From: Octopus sinensis
Lineage: Eukaryota
Length of the DNA: 64,000 nucleotides
Direction of reading: 5' to 3'
Assembly: GCF_006345805.1 (NCBI RefSeq)
Contig: NC_043015.1
Location: 45,384,001 to 45,448,000 of the forward strand
Numbering within the stretch: position 1 is the stretch's first letter; each line of letters starts with the position of its first letter. The notes under the pieces are model-generated. The model was not told where the DNA came from. It worked only from the letters and a program-made list of their open reading frames with translations, and did no database searches. Both the position numbers and the translations under genes were made by a program. Positions 50,589 through 63,817 of this stretch are shown one piece after another.

Positions 50589-50811
50589 AACTGTCATGTG
50601 ATATCTAAGCAAAGGTATGCACAAGCACACCCACACATAAATACACACGCAAATACTGACACACATACATAAATACTCGCAGCCTTATAAGACTTATATA
50701 TTAATATTCTCCATGGTTAAGTAGTAGGAAAACGGAATTGGTAAAGTGCTAGATTAAATGTCTTACAAGATTTAGTTCCAGATTTTTATGTAGTTCCTAG
50801 TTGAAACCTTA

Positions 50812-51264
50812 TTGGAATCAACCCGCATGGTTCATGGTCTCAAAAATTTGTCCTATGAAGAAAGGCTGAGGACGCTCGACCTTTATTCTCTAGAAAAACG
50901 CCGCCGCTGTGGTGATCTCATTCTCGCCCACAACATCATAAGCGGAAAGTGTAACCTCTCGAAAGAGCTGTTCTTCACTCCTGCTCCAGAGCGTCGGCTG
51001 CGGGGTCATTCCGAAAAGCTCTACCTGCGACAATTTCATCTCAATCGAAGGAGAGGAGCTTTCTCCGTCCGGGTTGCGGATCGTGGAACAAGCCGCCAGA
51101 CGAGATGGTGAAGATGCCGACGACCGCTTTGTTCAAAGCCTCCCTTGACCTCAAGTGGCCTAAACTCTTTACATGAACACCACCCTGTACTTAACTCCAT
51201 GTCCCCCTACATGGCCTTGCTATTTGCTTTTGAGCCAAATTAACTAACTAACTAACTAACTAAC
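50812..51264 (+). mobile_element. 5'-truncated CR1-clade LINE 3' end with (TAAC)n tail
   Basis: TRMVHGLKNLSYEERLRTLDLYSLEKRRRCGDLI...LRGHSEKLY...RRGAFSVRV then, after a frameshift near 51080, WNK-PDEMVKMPTTALFKASLD. This is the classic CR1 C-terminus. Confidence 0.9.
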
Positions 51265-51309
51265 CCTTTCAATAAAATAATGGATTTAATATAAATAAGT
51301 ACAGAAACC

Positions 51310-51680
51310 AGAATGGCTGTGTGGTCACAAAGTCTGCTCCCCAACCACATGGTTCTGGGTTTGGTTGCAGAGTGTGGTAGCTTGACAAGTGTCTTCTACT
51401 ATAGGCTTGTGCTGACTAAAGCCTTGTGAGTGGATTTGGTAGACAGAAACTGTGCAGAAGCCTGACATGCATGCACGTGTGTGTGTCTCTCTCTGTCTTT
51501 GCCCCCTTCACTGCTTGACAACTGTTGTTGGTTTGTCTGTGTCCTTGTAACTTAGCAGTTCAACAAAAGTGACTGATAGAATAAGAGCCAGACTTTAAAA
51601 ATATATGTATTTTGGTTGATTTTTTTTTTTTTTTTTGACTAGCATAGACACAGTCCAATGATTGAAACAAGTAAAAGTTA
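51310..51680 (+). mobile_element. Older family A variant
   Basis: Diverged consensus match. Confidence 0.75.
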
Positions 51681-51769
51681 AAAGCTCTATTTATATTGAT
51701 AGTTTTTGCTTTTGTTTTTTACAAAATCAAAATCGATCAACATCAATGGAAACTGTAGCTGTGATACCA

Positions 51770-52060
51770 GTGCCGCTGGCATGTAAGAGAACCATCCGAA
51801 CGTGGCCGTTACCAGCCTCACACGTAAAAAGCACCATCCGATCGTGGCTGTTTGCCAGCCTCGTCTGGCACCTGTGCCATGTAAAAAGCACCCACTACAC
51901 TCATGGAGTGGTTGGCATTAGGAAGGGCATCCAGCTGTAGAAACATTGCCAGATCAGACTGGGCCTGGTGCAGCCTTCGGGCTTCCCAGACCCCAGTTGA
52001 ACCATCCAACCCATGCCAGCATGGAAAGCAGACGCTAAACAATGATGATGATGATGATGA
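51770..52060 (+). mobile_element. Family D copy in sense orientation, (GAT)n tail
   Basis: Two internal units, ggttggcattaggaagggcatccagc, ending gacgctaaacaatgatgatgatgat. Confidence 0.85.
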
Positions 52061-52834
52061 TTTCTTTCTCTGTTTCACTTGCAAAACAATGCATGATGCA
52101 TTACAAACATTTTATAAAATGCAATAAAATAAAATAAAACAGAAATAAATGCTTTTAAAGTACATCTAAGTTTAGTGTTTGGAAAGGACAGAATTGTTAT
52201 TTTTTTCCTCTCTTCATTTTCATCTCATGATTTAAATTCAAGAAATAAGAGAGAATTTTATTTTCTGATTTGTTTTTCTTTAAATTTTAATTGTAAAAAC
52301 AAAAACAAAAACATCATGACAATCTCATGTTTTGTGATTTTTATTTTTTTTTTTAAACAACAAACTAAATTATACATCATCATCATCATCGTAAGATGTA
52401 AAATGTATATTTTTTTTTTGTTTTGTTTCTTGTTTCTATATTTTTGTGAATTTTGCCAGATATGCACAACAAACAATCTCTTACAATGACAAAAGGTTAC
52501 AAATGCACAGGGAAAGAAAATCAATGGACTTACACTTTATCAAGAGTGGGGTGGGGGGTTCTGTTTCTTTGGTGAGATGAAAGGTTAAACATTTAAAAAA
52601 AACATCTTTTTAAATCAACCATAGCAGGATTCGCACTCGAAATGTGAAAAGAGTGACTAGGCATAAAAGCAGTGGGGTTAAGAAGCTCACTTTGCAACCT
52701 CGTGATTTTAGGTTCAGTCCTGCTGCGCAGTTTTCTGCTATGGCCCCAAGATGACAAATGCCTTGTGAGTGAATTCAGTAGAGGGGAAATTGTGAACAAG
52801 CCTATCATCCATGTGTCTGTGTGCACATGTGCAT

Positions 52835-53190
52835 TATAGGTACAAGGCCCGAAATTTTCAGGAGAAGTGTGTTAGCTGATTGCACCAACCCCAATCAGAG
52901 CAATCAGCTAACACACTTCTCCTGGACGTCATGGATGGGGGTCATGCGCTAGGTCCAGTAGGAGCTGAGAGCCTTTCACTACCAGGGTGTGTGTAGGGTA
53001 TATTAGTCTAAATAAGCCCTGTCTATTTTTAGTGAACGTCAGTGTCGGGTGCAATGTAGAGCACCTGACACGGGTCTTGTCGCGAATCTGAGGGCCACTA
53101 ACTATACCTTGCAGTGGATAATATAACTGGTACTTATTTCATCTACCCCAGAAGTCAATCCTGGTGGGATTTCAACACAAAACATACAGA
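52835..53190 (-). mobile_element. Old B-type SINE interrupted by a 25-bp inverted duplication and a foreign 200-bp segment
   Basis: Perfect inverted arms at 52859-52883 and 52900-52924. The SINE resumes aactggtacttatttc at about 53125. Confidence 0.6.
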
Positions 53191-53581
53191 TGGCACACCA
53201 ACAATTCTACCAGCTCTCTGCCTTATATAATAATAATAATCCATTCTTTTATTAGCCACAAGGGCTCACATACAATAACATTAAAGGACATGCAACAACA
53301 TAAAAGACAAAAACGGGACGATGCAATGGGTTTTCCGCGTATAAACAATACAAATAACAATTAAAATTAAACAAATTAAAATTCCCAATAGGGGAGATGC
53401 TTTAAGGTCCTTGTGGAAAAACCAACAAAAGCCATGAGTGCCTGATCAAGAGCCCTTCTTTTATTTCTCACAGGTGTATGCTCAGAAGTGGTCCTTTTAC
53501 ACCCACCTTTCAACAAACTTACTAGAAGGCAACACTTCCCTCTCCATCCTCAACTTCCTTGAAAAGGTTGATGAGGGCTTA

Positions 53582-53582
<1 letters not shown>

Positions 53583-53620
<38 letters not shown>

Positions 53621-54205
53621 TATAATAATAACGACTTCAAATTTTGCCACAAGGGCAGCAATTTTGGGGATGGAGATAAGTCGATTACATCAACCCCAGT
53701 ACATACTGGTACTTAATTCATCAACCCTGAAAGGATAAAAGGTGAAGTTGACCTCAGTGGAATTTGTAGCAACAGGCGAAATACCTATTTATTTCTTTAC
53801 TACCCACAAGGGGCTAAACACAGAGAGGACAAACAAGGACAGACAAACAGATTAAGTCGATTATATCGACCCCAGTGCGTAACTGGTACTTATTTAATCG
53901 ACCCCAAAAGGATGAAAGGCAAAGTCGACCTCGGTGGAATTTGAACTCAGAACGTAGTGGCAGATGAGATACCTATTTCTTTACTACCCACAAGGGGCCA
54001 AACACAGAGAGGACAAACAAGGACAGACAAACGGATTAAGCCGATTATATCGACACCAGTGCATAACTGGTAATTATTTAATCGAACCCCAAAAGGATGA
54101 AATGCAAAGTCAACCTCAGCGGAATTTGAACTCAGAACGTAGTGGCAGACGAAATACCGCTAAGCATTTCATCCAGCATGCTAAGAATTCTGCCAGCTCA
54201 CCACC
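53583..54205 (-). mobile_element. Family B trimer whose 3'-most unit is a different subfamily with a (TTA)n tail
   Basis: Junctions gaaatacc|tatt at 53778-53789 and gagatacc|tatttc at 53966-53979. Confidence 0.85.
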
Positions 54206-54658
54206 TCACTGTAAAAATAATACAGAATCAATCCTAAATGCTGTAGATCTATCTTGCATTTGTTTGTTACACCACACTTCAACCAATGCTTGGGTGTGGC
54301 TTTAATGATGATAAGTAGACACAAGATAGATTCTACATGAGGATTTGAAGCCACTCATTTGTAGATAAGATTTTTAGCTGACCTGATACTTACCAACACC
54401 TAGGTGAACTGAGATATGCAGAATTAAGTGTACTGTTGAAACACAAAGCAAAAATGCCTGCAGTAGATTTAAACTTAATATCTACATGGTGGCATACCAA
54501 TATTGAATTTATCCACTCAAGTGTTCTACTTCTGCACAATTAATAACATATGTGCGCACGTGCATGCATGTCATAGGAGGATAAACAAGAAAGAGAATTC
54601 TCAATAACTGCAAAAGTGTATTTATTAACATGCCAAGGTACAAAATTTCTTGGCTTCA

Positions 54659-54701
54659 TTGCCCAGGTTTCATGCTACCTAAAGGCAATCATCAGAAAAC
54701 T
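54659..54701 (-). ncRNA. Decayed hammerhead-like motif
   Basis: Minus strand reads TT-CTGATGA-TTGCctttaggtaGCAT-GAAAC-CTG-GGC-AA. The core is intact but the cleavage triplet is lost. Confidence 0.35.
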
Positions 54702-54805
54702 GTTTACACTTTTGAACAGTTAATGAGAGAGAGAGCCAGGTGAGAGGTGAGAGAGAGAGAGACCCATATCCATAATACACATGTTCATAATAAATATAAA
54801 CAAAG

Positions 54806-54844
<39 letters not shown>

Positions 54845-55259
54845 GGACAGACAGAGAGAGAGAGAGATTTCTACAGTCTTCTCTTTCCAGAAATATGGAT
54901 GGGCATGAAGATATGCAAACTTACAATCATATACACACACACATGAACATTTACAAATGCAAACATGAACAATTTAAACATCAACACAGCTGCATAACTT
55001 CACAGAATTATAATAAGGTCTACAGCTAGACCTTATCTTAAAGCCTGGTTGTGACTACTCGACCTGCTAGAAACAGCAGCAAATTTTCTCTCTAATCACA
55101 CCCTGCATTTTATTTAGAACAATGGTGATCTCATTTACTTATGAAGTCCTACATACATTGTGTTTGGATAAAAGACAGTCTTGCCACGGCTGGAAGGCAT
55201 CTGATCATTAGCTTAACTGAACATGGTTAACTCAGGGTTAAATAGCAGCAGCAACAACA

Positions 55260-55637
55260 GGAGGTGTAATGGTCCAATGGTTAGGGCAGCTGACTCACGG
55301 TCGGAGGATCGCGGTTTCAATTCCCAGACCAGGCGTTGTGTGTGTTTATTGAGCAAAAACACCTAAAGCTCCACGAGGCTCCAGCAGGGGGGTGGGGGTG
55401 GCGAACCCTGTTGTACTCTTTCGCTCCAACTTTCTCTCACTCTTTCTTCCTGTTTCTTGTCCCCGACTTCCTACGCAACCGCTGAGCCTGGATGTGCATT
55501 CATCCATCCGTCGATTCTCTCGGTGTCGGGGGTTGACCTGCATTCTCTTCTGCGGGTCTTACGAATAGCAAAGGATCACGTTTCGGAATCTTCCCACACT
55601 GGGACGAAGTCCGCTTCGCTCAACAAACAAACAAACA
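55260..55637 (+). mobile_element. Chimera of a family C 5' half and an unrelated (CAAA)n-tailed 3' segment
   Basis: Follows 23561-type sequence up to ttcctgtttcttg (55459), then switches to GC-richer sequence ending caacaaacaaacaaac. Confidence 0.65.
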
Positions 55638-57349
55638 AGGCAGCAACAACAACATCAGGTTTTACAACCTTTCGTGATTGAATCACCCTAACCACTAAGC
55701 CATGCACCTTCACCTTCCTCCTCGTTATTGTCACCATCATAATCATCATCCTCATTATTATCTTTTTTCATCATTGTTAGTCATCATCACAGCATTGGAG
55801 ATAGAAGATGTTTTTTAATGATACACAGACAGTCGTTAAGGACTGTCCAATACGCCAACACCATCTAGGAAACTTCTTTTGTAGCCTGCCATCATCACCT
55901 TTAATGTTAACATCATCCGTTATAATTATCAACACAAATATCCTTAATTTATTTTTTGTTTCTTATTTTTGCTTTTGTTTCTTTTTTTCTATGTTAGTAA
56001 TGAGCGATCAATTCTTCTTCAGATCACACCAGAGAGAAAGACTTTCATTTGATCCCACATACTCAACTCAAGAGAAGGACTTCTATTTGATCCCACTTAC
56101 TCAGATCGTAACGACAATGAAAGCAGTGAAGATCTTATCAGCAGCACCAATTCTGTTATGGACAATTCTGCAGCTCTTTAGTAACAGAAAGAGATCAGAG
56201 ATTCTCTTTGCATATTAACAGCTGCCTGTTAATTGAAAGAGCGGACTAAAGGTAGCAATCAGCTATACACACGTCTTCATTTCTTGATGCACAATACACA
56301 CACACACGCACACGCAAGTACCTCTTCATCTATGCACTCACATACACACACATACAACCAGCTCTTCATTCACACACATACATACATACATACATACACA
56401 TACATATGCATTCTCTTCTTTGTTCACTTTAAAAAAAACAAAAGATATCTTTCTACCTTTCAACATACACACCTCTTCGTTTATATCTACGCTCGTCAAC
56501 ATCTTCACACTACACATGTTTTTTATTTATACGCACACAAAACTCTTACCTCTATTATTCCACAATACACATAGAAACTCACCATTTCCCCACACCTTAA
56601 CACACAATACAAACAAATATATTATACATACACACACACACACAAACACAGATCTGTTCATGCAGATGAACAGTAATGCTCTGCCTCTCTATCTCTCTCA
56701 TACACACATATACACATTACTATATTCTTACACATAAACTGCTTCATATCTACAAACCTCCTCTTCAAACCCCTACCACGACCACCACAACAACAAACAC
56801 ATACGCATGTAAACACAAACAAACACCGCTCTCTGTTCACACATGCATATACATATACAATTCTTCCATATAATTCACACAACACAAAAATAATAATAAT
56901 AATAATAATAATAATCTTCAATCTTACTCCAATCGCACTCTCTTCACTCTCTCTCTCTAACCACCGCCACCGCCACCACCAAGACTGCTGCCACCATACA
57001 ATCACATTGTTATTCTCCATGCATCATTGAATTCAGACTATTTTCTGCAGTGAACCATATGTCTTTTTCCATGCCGAAGGATGTAGAGATGCATAAAGAC
57101 AACACAATGCCTCATCTGCCACAGATAGGTCAGTGTTGTCAGACACGAGGCGGGGAGTGGGGGAAATAACCAATAGTAATACACACACACAAGCATACAC
57201 ATACACACATGCACAAGCATACGCAAATACATACACAACACACGGACATGCTCACCGTTTCTATTTGCATAGAAAAAATAAATAATATTTTTTCTTGCTC
57301 AACATGACACAGGAAACTGACAGACAATTCTTCATTCAACATGCACATA

Positions 57350-57377
57350 CACGAGTGTGTGAATAAGTGTATGTATG

Positions 57378-57428
<51 letters not shown>

Positions 57429-57456
57429 ATATATATGTGTGTGTGTGTGTGTGTAT

Positions 57457-57493
<37 letters not shown>

Positions 57494-57576
57494 ATATATA
57501 TATGTGTATGTATATATATATATGTGTGTATATATATATATAGATATATATATGTGTATATATATATATGTGTATT

Positions 57577-57632
<56 letters not shown>

Positions 57633-57656
57633 TTATATATATATATATATGGTATA

Positions 57657-57688
<32 letters not shown>

Positions 57689-58210
57689 CTTTATATATAT
57701 CTGTGTGTGTATAGGAATACGTACATGTGTGTGTATGCACACACACACTTGCATATATGTGTAATCCACACATACACGCACACATACATGTGTGTGTATG
57801 TGTTTGTACATGTGAGCGGTTGGATATGTGTTTTGTTTCATCATCATCATTTTAACGCCCATTTTTTCCATCCTTGTATTGCTCCAGTGGAAATTCGTTG
57901 AGGCAAATTTTCTATGGCTGAATGCTCTTCCTGTAGTCAACCCTCACCTGTTTTCAAACAAGGTAATATATTCTCCCATGGCCAGGTATGCTTTCACAGA
58001 AGATTCAAAATGAACAACACCGCTCGTATGACGGTGGCACTCATTTACAACTATCATTCAATGTCAAGACAAAGAGGTACAAACACACACACACACACAT
58101 ATATACAGATGCCCATATGCACACACACACACACAGATAGATAGATACACATACACACACACATATATATAGATAGATACACATACACACACACACATAT
58201 ATATAGATAG

Positions 58211-58249
<39 letters not shown>

Positions 58250-58282
58250 TACACATACACACACACACACACACAGATAGAT

Positions 58283-58321
<39 letters not shown>

Positions 58322-58507
58322 ATATTATATATATATAGATAGATAGATAGATAGATAGATACCCATATACACACATATGCATATATACAGATACCCATAT
58401 ACATACACACGCATATATACAGATACCCATATACATACACACGCATATATACAGATACTGATATAATACACACACATATATACAGATACCCATATACATA
58501 CACACGC

Positions 58508-58558
<51 letters not shown>

Positions 58559-59306
58559 GCGTGTATATATATATATATATATTACTAGCATTATCATGCG
58601 TTTGAGAATGAAAAAATTTATTTCTATATCTTTCACTACATCTCAACACTTCTAAAACAAACTTTGTTTACTTTCATCATATACATATACACATAAATAT
58701 ATATGTACATATATACATAAACACATATATATATACACATAAATATATATACATATACACACATATATACATATACATGTAGACACATATATACATACAT
58801 ATATATATACATATACATATATATATATGCATACATCATACATACATACACATATATTTCTATGTATATATATATATATATAATATATATCTTCACAACC
58901 AACAAACATCAAGTCCAAACAAATGCTGAGACAGATATAAAGACATGTTCAAACATATTATCAATTATGTACACAAGCTCTTATGTATTCACACAGAAAC
59001 AAACCGAGGCAGAGGAGGCAATACAGTTGCGGGGGACACTGTTGCTGTCATATACAATTGTCAAAATTCCACATTTCTGAAACCAATGACACAAGATCTA
59101 AGACTGGAGTGTGTGTGTTACCACAATGAAAATGCCCTCCCTAATAAACATTTCCACAAAGGAATTCCTTCGCCTGGGAGACATTTAACATTTTGGTCTC
59201 TGGTAGTTTGCTTAATGTAATGGAAAGAGTTAAATGGCAAGATATGCATTAATCATATTATTAAACTCAACTCTTGTGCTCCTGGCTATATTACTTTTTT
59301 TATTTC

Positions 59307-59342
<36 letters not shown>

Positions 59343-59684
59343 TGTGTGTGTGTGTATATATATATTTATATATATATATATCTATATAGTGTGTGTTGTG
59401 TGTGTAATATATATATATATAAAATATCTTATATATATAGATATATTATACATATATATTTATTGTGTGTGTGTATATATATATTTATATCTATATATAT
59501 TATATATATACATATATATTTATATTGTGTGTGTGTATATATATATATTTATATATATATATATTATATATATATACAATATATATATATCATATATATT
59601 TATATTGTGTGTGTGTGTATATATAATATATATATAATATATATACATATATATTTATATTGTGGTGTGTGTAATATATATCTT

Positions 59685-59716
<32 letters not shown>

Positions 59717-59759
59717 CATATATATTTATATTGTGTGTGTGTATTATTATTTATATATA

Positions 59760-59792
<33 letters not shown>

Positions 59793-60099
59793 CATATATA
59801 TTTATATTGTGTGTGGTGTATAATATATATATTTATATATATATATATATACATATATATCTATATATATATCAATATATTATTTATTGTGTGTGTGTAT
59901 ATATTATATATACATATATTATATATATACATATATATATATATATATACATATATATTATATTTGTGTGTGTATAATATATATATTTATATATATAATA
60001 TAATATACATATATATTATATTGTGTGTGTGTGTAATATATAATCTATATATATAATATATTATATATATTGTGTGTGTGGTGTGTGTATATATATATA

Positions 60100-60188
<89 letters not shown>

Positions 60189-60196
60189 GTGTGTTG

Positions 60197-60227
<31 letters not shown>

Positions 60228-60257
60228 ATATATATATATCTATATATATAGATATAT

Positions 60258-60296
<39 letters not shown>

Positions 60297-60357
60297 TAAT
60301 ATATATTATATATTATATATATATATATATATTGTGTGTGTGTGTGTGTGTGTTGTG

Positions 60358-60413
<56 letters not shown>

Positions 60414-60549
60414 ATTGTGTGTGGTGTGTATATACACACACACACATTAGTACATGTGCTAATGTATATGTCGGTCTTGTATACATTGTATGTGTTTGAG
60501 TGTATAGATATAGATATATATATTTATTGATATATCTATATATATATTA

Positions 60550-60600
<51 letters not shown>
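57350..60600. repeat. Cluster of compound TA/TG/CA microsatellite arrays (57350-57700, 58080-58590, 58680-58890, 59300-60600), with a D-type fragment at 57840-58080
   Basis: Directly visible. Source of many spurious Ile/Tyr/Val/Cys ORFs. Confidence 0.9.
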
Positions 60601-60606
<6 letters not shown>

Positions 60607-61390
60607 GGGTGCTTAGATAAACAAAACCAGAAGTACTGAACAAAACATATATCATGTTGAATATTTACTAAAATATCCTGCCTCGGGAGTAAATACCTCA
60701 TAACTCATAGCTTGATGTTACCAACCAGATGCAATAATGAAATCTATGGTGAGTGCTGCTGCAGAAAAACATTCCTTACATTGAACTCTTATGAGGTAGT
60801 AAGGCAAGCTATTTCAATACATAAAGACACATATATGAGTGTGTGTGTGCACACCCACATTTCTATTTGCTGATACACATCACCATCATCATTATCATCA
60901 TCAACATCATAATGATTTTAATGTCTGTTTTCCATGCTTGCACGGGTCAAAAGAATTTTGTTGAGGTGAATTTTCTATGGCCAGATGCCTTTCCAGTTGC
61001 CAACGCTCAACTGTTTCCAGGCAAGATAATATTTTCCCATAACCAGACATGTTTTTTCTCAGAAAACTGGAAAATGAGTAGCATTGCTTCTATGATGATG
61101 ATGCTCATTTACAACAACCATCACATGATGTCAGGTCAAAGGTACACTCATACACACACATATACACACACACACACACACCACAGTTACAATGGCCTTC
61201 TTTCAGTTTCCATTAACTCACAATGATTTGGTTGACCTGGGGCTATAGTAGAAGACACTTGCCCAAGGTTCCATGCAAGTGTCTTGAACTATAGCTTCCC
61301 TTCCATGCACAAAAATATATATATAGTATATATATATATTATATATATATATATAGATATGTGTGTGTGTGTATAATGGGAAACCTCTAT

Positions 61391-61481
61391 TAATAGCTGA
61401 TGACTGCTCAACATTTTAAAACTGTTGTAATACTTACAATATTTAATAAAATGATGTAGCGTGAAACGATCATACCAAATT
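61391..61481 (+). ncRNA. Hammerhead-like motif with canonical core and a very long stem II
   Basis: CTGATGA (61397-61403), an imperfect hairpin of about 59 nt with apical TTGTAA-tac-TTACAA, GAAAC (61463-61467), then GATC and ATA. Confidence 0.6.
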
Positions 61482-62110
61482 ACCGAAGTTATTCTTGTTG
61501 CTTATTTTTGATTATATGTATATATATATATAAGATGTGTATGTATAATATCATAAAGCATATGTATATGTGTGTATGTATAAGTACATGTGTGTGTGGT
61601 GGGGGTATACACACATGCAGACACACACACAGATGAGACTTGCTCAGAAGACAATCCTGATGTTTACTTTCATTGTTTTGTGTAAGTTAGGTTATTTCAT
61701 AACTTAACACATCGAACTGCTGCTGGACAGACAGACATTTTTGAGTTTAGAAGATTAGAAGACACAAAATGCCACCACAGTTGAAGCAGTGTCAATGCAA
61801 AGACATTTGGAGACAACCTCACACACACACACACATGAGTATGAGAGAGAGAAAGAAACTAATTAAATAAGGTCGAAACAACTTTGATTTTGACCAAAGG
61901 TCTTGTCTATCAATGTCCAGCTAAGACTAAACAATAATAATTCATTTCAAAACTACAATCCACATGGACTGAGTCAAAGGGCCAGATTAATAAAATATTT
62001 GATTTTTGTTTCATAGTTTACTAAGTTCCAGATAAACCCCAAGTTTTTGATACTGAGAAATGCCAATGATGTTGATATTGCATTTGCTCCAAGTGTTTTG
62101 AGTATCTGAA

Positions 62111-62540
62111 GGATCTTTTCGGTTTGAACGGCAGTTTTTTCTAGCGGTGTCATATGAAATTGTCACCCATAATTATGACCCTAGAATCGATCTATTGCAT
62201 TTCAATCTCTTTCAGGGTTAGGGTTAGTTAGGGTTAGGGGTGGGGGAAGGGTGTCGTTTTTTCTTCACAAATGTAAATAACCCAATCTGTTCTTAAACGA
62301 GGGACATATTCATACGGCACAGAATGCTTTTACTCAAAGACGTCACTGATGTTGATGAATTGAAATTGCAGAAATTGAAGAAAAAAAACAACAAATATCT
62401 TACAAACTATAGAATTTTCTCAATAAAAAGCCAAGAAAACAGATGTTTTTTAAAACATTAAACACATCTCAGAACGAAGTTTAAAATTTTTAGTTACCTA
62501 AAAATTATGTTAAAAACTGCCATTCAAACCGAAAAGATCC
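62111..62540. mobile_element. 430-bp MITE with 29-bp TIRs and internal TTAGGG repeats
   Basis: ggatcttttcggtttgaacggcagttttt / aaaaactgccattcaaaccgaaaagatcc match at 28 of 29 positions. (TTAGGG)-like run at 62212-62240. Confidence 0.85.
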
Positions 62541-62572
62541 TATTTGGGCAGTTCATTTTATCATCAATTTAC

Positions 62573-62744
62573 CGCAGATCTCTTCAGCTGTGAGGAATAA
62601 GTACAACAGAGTTTTTTCCTGGCAAAAATTACCAACACCAGCCTGCTGTTCCATCCAGTACAGATTTATCTTTCATCTGCTTAATAGTACAGGAGTTAAG
62701 CTCTGACATTATGAATCATTATTCATGAAAGGATGAGTTTTAAC
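62573..62744 (-). other. Exon-like island
   Basis: Acceptor cctttttag and donor GCG|gtaaat. Contains an internal ATG-started frame MEQQAGVGNFCQEKTLLYLFLTAEEIC. Confidence 0.2.
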
Positions 62745-63181
62745 CTAAAAAGGTACCTTTCTTGTTGAGGAAGTACATTCACCCTTCAACTTCTGACATT
62801 AAACACTTTACAAAATTAACATTAAAACCACTGATGTTCTTGTCATTGTTGCTGTTGACATTTGTACTTATCTTTGTTGGTGGTGTTCATTCAGTTCTTT
62901 GCCATGTAATGACCAGAGTCATTAAGAAGTTGGCTTCACAACTAAGTGATTTAGGCATCTGATCCCACTTGAACAAGTGTTTCCTGGTGGAACTTCAAAT
63001 CAATCAAAACCTTTTAAGTGGAATCCAGTAGATAAAGAATGCGTGGAATCCCAGAAGAAGAACTGTTCTAGCTCTTAGATGGTAATACTAAATATCTGGT
63101 GCCCTGTTTGATCGTTTTGATACCAACCTGTCTCAGACCACCCATGGTTCCAAACAAACCACACACACACATATATAAATA

Positions 63182-63387
63182 TACTCTTTACTCTCTTTTA
63201 CTTGTTTCAGTCATTTGACTGCGGCCATGCTGGAGCACCACCTTAAATCGAGCAACTCGACCCCGGGACTTATTCTTTGTAAGCCCAGTACTTATTCCGA
63301 ACCGCTAAGTGATGGGGACATAAACACACCAGCATCAGTTGTCAAGCAATGCTAGGGGGACAAACACAGACACACAAACATACACGT

Positions 63388-63436
<49 letters not shown>

Positions 63437-63614
63437 CATATATACGACGGGCTTCTTTCAGTTTCTGTCTACCAAATCCACTCACAAGGCTTTGGTCGGC
63501 CCAAGGCCCGAGGCTATAGTAGAAGACACTTGCCCAAGGTGCCACGCAGTGGGGATGAACCCAGAACCATGTGGTTGGTAAGCAAGCTACTTACCACACA
63601 GCCACTCCTGCACC
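63182..63614 (-). mobile_element. SINE family A, full length
   Basis: Reverse complement of the consensus, with a small internal deletion and duplication. Confidence 0.9.
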
Positions 63615-63617
63615 TAT

Positions 63618-63663
<46 letters not shown>

Positions 63664-63817
63664 TGTGAAGAACAAATAAAATTTGCAAAGTGGAATAAAT
63701 TATTTTGCCATGGGGAAGAAGAGCATATAGTGCTTCTTGACAGAGAATCTAATTTAACCTAATTTACACACATATATATATCTATCATTCCATCTCCTGA
63801 CTTCTGGTGATCCTTAC

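Noticed and set aside
52925-53125. Possible HDV-like ribozyme in the structured insert
   Set aside because: I could not assign P1, P2 and P3 pairings on either strand; only one hairpin is supported.
55808-56218. 136-aa plus-strand ORF with a 38-bp internal repeat (56048 and 56086)
   Set aside because: It crosses low-complexity T-rich sequence, the repeat period is not a multiple of 3, and no domain is recognisable.
62212-62240. Possible telomere or chromosome-fusion scar
   Set aside because: Only about four imperfect units, enclosed within a TIR element.
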